DNA of 64,000 nt, taken from contig JBAZSC010000002.1 in the NCBI GenBank assembly GCA_041662665.1, positions 165,234 through 229,233 on the forward strand, read 5' to 3'. Made by a program: the position numbers and the translations under genes. The notes under the pieces are model-generated. The model had not been told where the DNA came from. It ran no database searches and worked only from the letters and a program-made list of their open reading frames with translations. The DNA is from Patescibacteria group bacterium (GTDB taxonomy: Bacteria; Patescibacteriota; JABMPQ01; JAQVVF01). Below are positions 58,301-64,000 of the stretch, one piece after another (position 1 is the first letter of the stretch; every line of letters begins with the position of its first letter).

Positions 58301-59324
58301 AATTATATACACCGTATCCATATTCATTTGAATTTAGCTCTGTCGTCAAAAATTGAGGATAGGAACCATTATTTGCAGGTGTAGGATAACCTCTTGTAAT
58401 ACTGTCCCCAATAGCACCAATTGACTTAGTCGGCAAAGAAACATCGCGAAAATCTGTATTTGAGATAGAAATAGAAATAGCATTTATAATTCGTCGAAGG
58501 TTGATAGTGTCTGAGGCAACCAACATCCGGTTTGTCGAACTATTTCCGTTAATGGTTAAACTGTGTGTAACTGTAATATCTCCAGCAAGTGTAAATGTGT
58601 TGGTTTTACTGTTTGTGCCAGTTCTAGTCAGATCATAAAATGAGATATTTCCTGTGAGAGTATGAGCCGTTCCACTAAATGAAACTGCATGTGCATTAGG
58701 ATCAAAGTATCCAGAATTCAAAGCAAAAAGAACAGCTAAACCGAAATCCACATTGCTTGCTAGTTGTAATGTCCCAGTACCGGACATAATAAGAGAAGTC
58801 TTTATTTGAACACCGTTTGTGTTTAATGTTGTGGTAGTCCCAGTTGCTGGCGCAAAACGAGTGTATCCGCCACCATCTCCATAGGTCATACCTGATACCA
58901 GCACTGTTGATCCATATGAAAAAAGTGATACTCCTCCTGCAATAAATAATGTCGGATTTCCAGTGGCCGGATTAGCCCATGTAACATTATTACAATAGCC
59001 TGTGGCATTAACATTAACACTGTACGAATTAGCTGATGAATTGGAATCAAAAAAACAATTATCACTAGAGGTTGGCAGATTGCCTGCATCAGGACTGCCA
59101 CCAGACGTAGCTGCCCAATGAGTTGCAGCATCGCTCCAATTTCCTGAACCACCTACCCAATATCTTTCCGCTGCACTCGCCACCGCACCTCCAAAAAAAC
59201 AAACTCCCAAAACAAAAAAAAGACTCAAAAGAATCTTGTATTTTGAAATACCAAAAAATTTTACCTTTCCATTAAGCCCCCCCCCTCGTACTTTTTTGTT
59301 TATTTTTGTATTAAAAAAATACAT
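55371..59324 (-). CDS. Large secreted SGNH/GDSL-hydrolase-domain surface protein with beta-helix and Ig-like domains, a CHB_HEX_C-like domain and the shared Lys-rich C-terminal module
   Basis: A signal peptide precedes the GDSL motif IGAIGDSITRGYPT and a later DHLHPS. The protein also has YYTLDGIDPT and the shared C-terminus. A G9 tract lies at codons 13-15. Confidence 0.75.
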   Translation of the reverse strand: MYFFNTKINKKVRGGGLNGKVKFFGISKYKILLSLFFVLGVCFFGGAVASAAERYWVGGSGNWSDAATHWAATSGGSPDAGNLPTSSDNCFFDSNSSANSYSVNVNATGYCNNVTWANPATGNPTLFIAGGVSLFSYGSTVLVSGMTYGDGGGYTRFAPATGTTTTLNTNGVQIKTSLIMSGTGTLQLASNVDFGLAVLFALNSGYFDPNAHAVSFSGTAHTLTGNISFYDLTRTGTNSKTNTFTLAGDITVTHSLTINGNSSTNRMLVASDTINLRRIINAISISISNTDFRDVSLPTKSIGAIGDSITRGYPTPANNGSYPQFLTTELNSNEYGYGVYNFGVDGQKTDAMLARISSITSLQNVRYAIVLGGVNDIRSGYSVASTESNLQSMYTALKTAGLTVIAAKITPWKGHSEWYEAAQIKTDQINDWIQNSATDVDIVAETYTALEDPSDPDKLLPIYDNGDHLHPSAAGYAAIANTIYSAVTWELASMNDLSNISGRSGDCGGNSSILFTTSTPQYWYKLSGASNNWSTDGNWYLSSGGIGGAGRVPLCQDTAIFDSASFGSTGMTLIQDMPRISTTTFLGLNGESGITNNPTFTTSTATSIFGSLTLAPVASWTFSASTQLYTFEGRSSYTLTTNGNTWGKNLTLNAPGGTLTLVDTPTMGASNTFTVTNGTLNIASKVMNIAPTTFITLAGGTANIYNSVFWRASAGSIFINQSGGTLNLKDDIFYNITDVLSSTAGTQSISYNDYYNSSNEGGTGSIITDPKFVTFGSDFHLQSDSPAIDAGYDTDIATDYAGKQRYDDPDVVNTGAGAVDYYDMGAYEYVTPPDPTFTSSSHPSHVTWYSDALVDMSLSSNGSSTTNYHYLVSQNSTPTQVEVLAGTFDADGIFTATVPSDGVWYIHTIAVNLDNDPSNNYNSYLVQIDTTPPSIPGDPITTSPTNNNKPEWTWTASTDTTSGLGDPAYNVQWCDNSSFIGCDLNISTAIANSFTHTISLIDGTWYFRVNAVDIADNISDWSATGSVIIDTEAPVTTATPAGGTYDNAQAVTLTTDETAITYYTLDGIDPTTLSTQYTTPITISETATLKFFSVDILGHTESIKTENYVIISAILFTEKLNLENVILNQTYQSVTDNADLLFYLLPKQKVIKDLYIKLIRNKKKHLNGFTKKNSYPGYLKLLSNIGTVKKAYQKNVNKHINFRVSVRYSKTKLNKTNIKEKNLRLFIKDRDNIWRGPYRIYQNKTTHTLKFKIRNYLVKPPKNPIPNPLDIKTKNRPFAPSFYFRTLKKIKFVIAEKNALSNLTNSETSDSQDFFFE

Positions 59325-59436
59325 ATTTGTTTTTCTTATATAAATTTTGATAATCTAAGTATACCACATCTAAAAGAAAAAATTATCCACAAAAAAAGAG
59401 CGTCAAAACGCTCTACTCAAAAAAAGAACAAAAAGA

Positions 59437-59667
59437 TCAGCCGAGTTGTCCGAAATTGGAATGAATCAAAGGATTAAAACGCGAACCGTACTCACGTTCA
59501 AATTGCATTTCAACATCATTCAAATCCTTTCGATTTTTGCGATACACGTAAATGAGCTTTTCATGATCAGTCATCTCATCCCATGTCTTCGTCTTCATCT
59601 TCTCTCTTCCTCCTTTTCCGCAGGCACAGACACTACAAGGAGTCGTACAATTGCAGACCATACTCAT
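59437..59667 (-). CDS. Small Cys-rich hypothetical protein (N-terminal CNCTTPCSVCAC)
   Basis: The RBS AGGAGGGAGGA precedes the ATG. The ORF has higher GC than its surroundings and is preceded by the conserved leader motif/hairpin. Confidence 0.45.
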   Translation of the reverse strand: MSMVCNCTTPCSVCACGKGGREKMKTKTWDEMTDHEKLIYVYRKNRKDLNDVEMQFEREYGSRFNPLIHSNFGQLG

Positions 59668-59762
59668 TTTCCTCCCTCCTTTTCCTCTCCTCTCTCGCAG
59701 ACAAAATGAACTAATAATTATTAGCAGATTTGTGAATAATTATCAAGACATTTTGACAATCA

Positions 59763-59830
59763 GATGTCGGATGTCGGAAGTCGGAAGTCGGAACGTTCCG
59801 AAGTTCTGACGCTCCGACGTTCCGACGCTC
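59763..59830. repeat. GC-rich GTCGGAA / CGTTC(C/T)GACG repeat with dyad symmetry; the same family is in frame in tsaB (32330-32372)
   Basis: The sequence is gtcggatgtcggaagtcggaagtcggaacgttccgaagttctgacgctccgacgttccgacgctcc. Confidence 0.65.
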
Positions 59831-59911
59831 CAAAACAAAAGACCACCGGCATCGGTGGCTAGTTTATTTCAAAATATAGAAACTAAACATCACACCGCTG
59901 CCTGTGGCTAA
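59826..59911 (-). promoter_or_regulatory. Conserved leader element copy 2: TTAGCCACAGGCAGCGGTGTG, spacer, hairpin CCACCGATGCCGGTGG and T-run
   Basis: See 55121..55214. This copy lies about 170 nt upstream of ORF 59437..59667. Confidence 0.35.
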
Positions 59912-60053
59912 TAATAATGCTAATAATCAATTCAGTTTTAAGAACATTATTTTTCATCAATTTAATTTTAGCCTACAAAAAATTTCCAGTCAATAATTTT
60001 TATCAACAACTTGTTTTCTTGTTTCGTTGTTTCTTTGTTTTCGCCGTTTCCCC

Positions 60054-60083
60054 TTGACTTTTCTTTTTCATACAGTGTAATAT
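60054..60083 (+). promoter_or_regulatory. Near-consensus sigma-70 promoter (TTGACT-18 nt-TAATAT)
   Basis: The -35 element TTGACT is at 60054-60059 and the -10 element TAATAT at 60078-60083. About 55 nt downstream lies the RBS GGAGGA and the ATG at 60143. Confidence 0.5.
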
Positions 60084-60142
60084 ATTTAATAACAGTTTAC
60101 ACTCGCACCCTACAATCCCGAGGGAAACAAGGAGGAAGAGAA

Positions 60143-61300
60143 ATGCAATACTTGTTCCAAACACCACAGCAGAATCAACCGATTCATCAGCATCCATTTG
60201 TTTGGTGCAACGGCAGATTTTATAACATTCAAGATTTCGGTTTTCCAGTTTCTAAGCATGGTTTTCATTATGGCACAACAACGTTTGGCGGAACTGGCGT
60301 TCGCAAATGTATTGATGGAAAACATCGTATTTTCAGAGCAGAAGATCATGCCCAGCGATTTCTAGATCATGCCCAAGGCTTTGGACTTAAAGTTCCTTTC
60401 TCAGCTAAAGATATTCTTAATGCTTGCGTAGAAATCAGTCGGCGAAATATGCCAAGTTTAAAAACAGAAGATCTCTATTTACGCATGGCACTTGATCCAT
60501 TTGATCAATACCTTGGCGTTGGCTCTTCTGAACAAACAGATGTGGTCATTCTCGCTCAAGACTTAACCCAATACTTAAAGATTGCTGAAGGACGAACTGG
60601 CGCTTCATTGCTATTGCCAGGACAACAACTGTTTCGTAGAGGCGATGAAACTGTTGGGCTTCCTTTCTTCAAAAGTGCTATAAATTACGGACTTGGAAAT
60701 ATGTGGAAGCGTATTGCCCACCATTTTGGCGCAGTTGAAACTCTCGCTGCCGGACCAAGTTCAAACAGTTTGAGCGAAGCAACAGGAGCTTGCCTATTTG
60801 TTATCAAAAATGACGAAACGATTGCAACTCCTAGTCTTGATTACATGTGTCTAGATAGTATTACCAGACGAACAGTGCTTTGGATTCTTAGAACACTGAA
60901 TATTTTTGTTCATGAAACTCGCATCTCCGAAATTGATGTTCTATCTGCAAAATGCGTTTTTCTTGTCGGAACTTGGGCTGGACCAGTTTTCATTGAAGAA
61001 ATCCTTCATGATATCAGCACTCCAAGTATTCCAAAAGAAATTTTAACCGCTAACAATGGAAAAAATTTCTTTCAATATATTCTTGACAACCTGCATCCTA
61101 CATCGTATATGTTTCCAACATCAGGCGAGCATTATGATTTTTTCAGAAAAGTTGAAAGGATTTATTGGGACATTGTTCGTTGTAATTTCTCTGCCTTGCC
61201 ATCAGAATTTGTTATTCCAGAAAACTGGCACACATTGATTCCTCCTTCAGCTCCAAAAGAACCTGTAATCGATCCCGAAGATATTAAAGATTGGCCTTAA
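60143..61300 (+). CDS. Class IV (fold type IV) PLP-dependent aminotransferase family protein (BCAT/DAAT/ADC-lyase-like)
   Basis: The start is taken at the ATG at 60143, preceded by a strong RBS. The ORF-track N-terminal 44 aa lie upstream of the RBS and promoter and are unlikely. The motifs FVWCNGRFYN...FHYGTTTFGGTGV...RIFRAEDHAQRFLDHAQ match fold-IV transaminases. Confidence 0.6.
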   Translation: MQYLFQTPQQNQPIHQHPFVWCNGRFYNIQDFGFPVSKHGFHYGTTTFGGTGVRKCIDGKHRIFRAEDHAQRFLDHAQGFGLKVPFSAKDILNACVEISRRNMPSLKTEDLYLRMALDPFDQYLGVGSSEQTDVVILAQDLTQYLKIAEGRTGASLLLPGQQLFRRGDETVGLPFFKSAINYGLGNMWKRIAHHFGAVETLAAGPSSNSLSEATGACLFVIKNDETIATPSLDYMCLDSITRRTVLWILRTLNIFVHETRISEIDVLSAKCVFLVGTWAGPVFIEEILHDISTPSIPKEILTANNGKNFFQYILDNLHPTSYMFPTSGEHYDFFRKVERIYWDIVRCNFSALPSEFVIPENWHTLIPPSAPKEPVIDPEDIKDWP

Positions 61301-61326
61301 TCTTTATTTATTAGCTCCTTCATCAC

Positions 61327-61352
61327 AAAATCCACATTCCTGTGGATTTTTT
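61327..61352 (+). terminator. Rho-independent terminator after the aminotransferase gene
   Basis: A hairpin AAAATCCACA-TTCC-TGTGGATTTT is followed by TT. Confidence 0.65.
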
Positions 61353-61510
61353 AGTTGAGCAAGCATTTTTTCCGAACCGCAGTGAAGGAAAAACATGCTT
61401 GATCAAGTATCCCGCACCAAATGCCAAAATAAAAAAAGTATTATATAAAATTAAAATAATACTTTTTAAAATCCTAAAAACAAAGAATTCTATTTCATTT
61501 GGTGTGGGAT

Positions 61511-61858
61511 TTATTTCTTTTCTTTATATTGATTAATTGTCCAAAAAGGACTAGTTGGAATAATTGCTTCAAAATCACCTTCAACATAATACCACTTTTT
61601 CTTTTCAATCAAAATCATATCGCCAGATTTGAATTTGAATATTTTATTATCCAAAAAAAATTTTCCTTTTCCTTTTAAAATATAATACATTTCATCAACC
61701 TTTTCATTCATCGCTAAACCAAACTTTGGATATCTTTTTTTTATTTTCACAACACATAAACTCAAATTCCTATTTCCACCATATTCATAAATTACACAAT
61801 TTGGCTTTTTAATTTTTTCTGCCTTATTTTTAGAAACCAACATATTAGCGATTTGCAT
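61511..61858 (-). CDS. Cupin-domain protein
   Basis: The 115-aa product fits a small beta-barrel pattern (YEYGGNRNLSLCVV...YYILKGKGKF...GDMILI). Confidence 0.5.
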   Translation of the reverse strand: MQIANMLVSKNKAEKIKKPNCVIYEYGGNRNLSLCVVKIKKRYPKFGLAMNEKVDEMYYILKGKGKFFLDNKIFKFKSGDMILIEKKKWYYVEGDFEAIIPTSPFWTINQYKEKK

Positions 61859-61938
61859 ATTCGTATCATTTGCATTATTTGTATATTCGTATTATATTTC
61901 ACAAAGTTTTCAAAACTTAACGTGAAATATCAATTAGT

Positions 61939-64000
61939 CTATTCTTTTAAATCCCCCCAGTTTTTACCGATTCCAATATCAACAACCAAAGGCACTTCTA
62001 ACTTATAAATATTTTCCATTACATCTTTAACTTTTTTCAACACTTCATCAACTTTATTTTCTTTAACCTCAAAAACCAATTCATCATGCACTTGAAGTAT
62101 CATCCTAACATCATTTGCAGACATTAGAGATTTATTAGAGAAATCCGATTCGAGAAGGATTCGAGATATTTCTATCATAGCCATTTTAATAATATCAGCC
62201 GCAGTACCTTGTATTGGCATGTTAATCGCCATCCTCTCTCCCGCCATTTTAACCCTAAATGCAGATCCATCTTTTAATTCTGGCAAATATCTGCGTCTTC
62301 CAAATAATGTTTCCACATATCCATTTATTCTTGCAAAATCCAATGTCTGTTTCATATAAACAGCAATTGTTGGAAATTGCGCAAAATATTCGTTGATAAA
62401 TGTTTGCGCTTCTTCTCTTGGAATTCCTAATGACAATGACAGACCATGTGCTGACATTCCATACATAATTCCAAAATTAATTGTCTTAGCAACTCTTCTT
62501 TCTTTGTCCGAAATCTTATCCAAATCTTTTTTAAAAATTTTTGACGCAGTTGCAGTATGAATATCCTGTCCTTCTTCAAAAGCTTTGATCATATTCACAT
62601 CGCCTGAAACATGCGCCATTATTCTCAATTCAATTTGTGAATAATCAGCTGCCAATAATTTATAGCCTTTTTCAGCAATAAATGCTTTTCTTATTTGCTG
62701 ACCGACATCAGTTTTAATTGGAATATTTTGCAAATTCGGATCAGAAGAAGACAATCTGCCTGTTGCCGTAATTGTCTGGTTAAAACTCGTATGCACTCGA
62801 TCATCAGAATTTACTAATTCAGGTAAAGCATCCAAATAAGTGCTTTTTAATTTTGATAATTCTCGATGCTCTTCAATTAGACCAATAATTGGATGAACTT
62901 GTCTTAATTTTTCCAATTCTGATGCAGCTGTCGAAAATCCAGTTTTTATTTTTTTAATTTCTAAAGTCGATAATTTTAATTTATCAAATAACACTTCTTT
63001 CAATTGCAAAGTTGATCGCACATTAAAACGACAGCCTGCCATTTTATAAATTTCTGTTTCTAATCCTAATATTCTTTCGCCAAATTCTTTAGATAATTTT
63101 TTCAAAAAAGGAACATCAATTTTGATTCCATTATCTTCCATTTCTGACAACACAGGAACTAAAGGAATTTCAATTTTTTCTAAAACTTCAGTTAATTTTT
63201 TTTCATTTTTTAATTTTTCGCTAAATTTCTTAAACAACCTAAAAGTAAAATCAACATCTTCACAAGAATACCAAGCTAATTTTTTTGGATCAACTTCCAA
63301 AATATCTTTTTTTATTTTTTTCTTACTGCCATTTAAATCTTCAAAAAAAGCTGGACCAACTAATTCATCAAAACTCATCATTTCATAACCAAATTCTGAA
63401 AATGCCAAATCATCCAAGCTATGTTTTCTTGTTCCTGGATTCAAAACATATGATGCAAGCATTGTGTCAAAGCTAGCATTTTTTACTTTAATGCCAAAAT
63501 TTTCCATTACTAACAAATCATATTTTAAATTCTGGCAGATTTTTCTATATTTAGAATCTTCTAAAACTTTTTTTAATTCATCAAATTTTAATCTTGAATT
63601 AAACACTTGAATATAATAAGCAATTTTTTCTTGCCAACAAAGACTTATTCCAACTAATTCTGCTTCAAATGCTGCCTTGCTTGTTGTCTCAGTATCAAAA
63701 GCAAATTCTTTTTGCGATTTTAAATCATTAACTAATTTATCTAATTCTTGTTGTGTTTCAATTAATTTATAATCAACATTTTTATTCTTATTCCATTCTT
63801 CCATATAAAAATTTTCATTTTTTTTCAAATCAAATAATCCAACTTGTTTTTCTTCTTTTTTGCTTTCTGGTAATCTGTTTAATAAGCTTCTGAATCCTAA
63901 TTCTTGAAATAATTTAATTACTTTTTCTCGATCATAATCTTTCAAATCACATTTATTCAAATCAAAATCAAAATTAATGTCTGTAATTATTCTCGCCAAT
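61939..64000 (-). CDS. polA: DNA polymerase I, N-terminally truncated by the window edge (3'-5' exo-like and polymerase domains present)
   Basis: Motif B RVAKTINFGIMYGMSAHGL, motif C LQVHDELVFE, RRRYLPEL and the end of the H3TH region at the ORF start are present. An in-frame repeat is inserted (SDFSNKSLMSAND). Confidence 0.9.
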   Translation of the reverse strand, partial: LARIITDINFDFDLNKCDLKDYDREKVIKLFQELGFRSLLNRLPESKKEEKQVGLFDLKKNENFYMEEWNKNKNVDYKLIETQQELDKLVNDLKSQKEFAFDTETTSKAAFEAELVGISLCWQEKIAYYIQVFNSRLKFDELKKVLEDSKYRKICQNLKYDLLVMENFGIKVKNASFDTMLASYVLNPGTRKHSLDDLAFSEFGYEMMSFDELVGPAFFEDLNGSKKKIKKDILEVDPKKLAWYSCEDVDFTFRLFKKFSEKLKNEKKLTEVLEKIEIPLVPVLSEMEDNGIKIDVPFLKKLSKEFGERILGLETEIYKMAGCRFNVRSTLQLKEVLFDKLKLSTLEIKKIKTGFSTAASELEKLRQVHPIIGLIEEHRELSKLKSTYLDALPELVNSDDRVHTSFNQTITATGRLSSSDPNLQNIPIKTDVGQQIRKAFIAEKGYKLLAADYSQIELRIMAHVSGDVNMIKAFEEGQDIHTATASKIFKKDLDKISDKERRVAKTINFGIMYGMSAHGLSLSLGIPREEAQTFINEYFAQFPTIAVYMKQTLDFARINGYVETLFGRRRYLPELKDGSAFRVKMAGERMAINMPIQGTAADIIKMAMIEISRILLESDFSNKSLMSANDVRMILQVHDELVFEVKENKVDEVLKKVKDVMENIYKLEVPLVVDIGIGKNWGDLKE

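Noticed and set aside
60011-60142. N-terminal 44 aa of the ORF-track aminotransferase
   Set aside because: This segment lies upstream of a strong RBS and overlaps the predicted promoter and 5' UTR. Its composition (FSPFPLDFSFSYSV) is unlike the rest of the protein.
61342-61536. Plus-strand ORF of 64 aa
   Set aside because: It starts inside a terminator hairpin, overlaps the cupin gene antisense, and is AT-rich junk.
1-64000. Alternative genetic code (UGA recoding as in some CPR lineages)
   Set aside because: Long conserved genes (rpoB, rpoC, polA, lon, uvrB) are intact full-length ORFs under the standard code.

Overview
This is an AT-rich (about 30% GC) bacterial chromosomal segment, read with the standard genetic code, and it is dominated by information-processing genes. 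These are rpoB and rpoC, recA, ftsK, lon, uvrB, polA (truncated at the window edge), ruvA, holA, the rpsF-ssb-rpsR operon, rpsT, efp, trpS, RNase J, ychF, secG, tsaB, queH and one tRNA-Leu(CAG). Cell-wall genes are a MurE-like ligase, a FemAB-like gene and rodZ. Metabolic genes are few: a phosphohexomutase, a class IV aminotransferase, and HAD, NUDIX and PAP2 hydrolases. Gene content and reduced metabolism suggest a small-genome organism such as a CPR/Patescibacteria-like bacterium, but this is inference only. The accessory and unusual content is as follows. (1) Five large secreted proteins (beta-propeller/SBBP, GH18, SGNH, repeat proteins) share a lysine-rich C-terminal module of about 130 aa with YW and TNLYK motifs. 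(2) A palindromic element of about 26 to 30 bp (TCCGCC-GAAGCTTTAGCGAAG-GCGGA) is inserted in frame, encoding the peptide SAFAKASAD, in rpsF (three copies, one nested), in a kinase-like gene and in a small ORF, and also lies intergenically next to a radical-SAM/SPASM gene. This is reminiscent of Rickettsia palindromic elements. (3) Many families of short tandem repeats with a 10 to 11 bp period fill intergenic and promoter regions, and related arrays are inserted in frame in housekeeping genes (tsaB, the MurE-like gene, queH, femAB-like, uvrB, polA). (4) A minimal SET-domain gene of 119 aa sits between rpoB and rpoC. (5) An orphan radical-SAM/SPASM enzyme is present. (6) A trio of acidic, paralogous proteins of unknown function lies upstream of rpoB. 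(7) Two small ORFs share a conserved leader motif followed by a terminator hairpin. (8) A G9 homopolymer lies in the 5' coding region of the 1317-aa surface protein and is a phase-variation candidate. (9) A higher-GC islet at 59.4 to 61.3 kb carries a near-consensus sigma-70 promoter. No CRISPR arrays, rRNA genes or classical transposases were seen.
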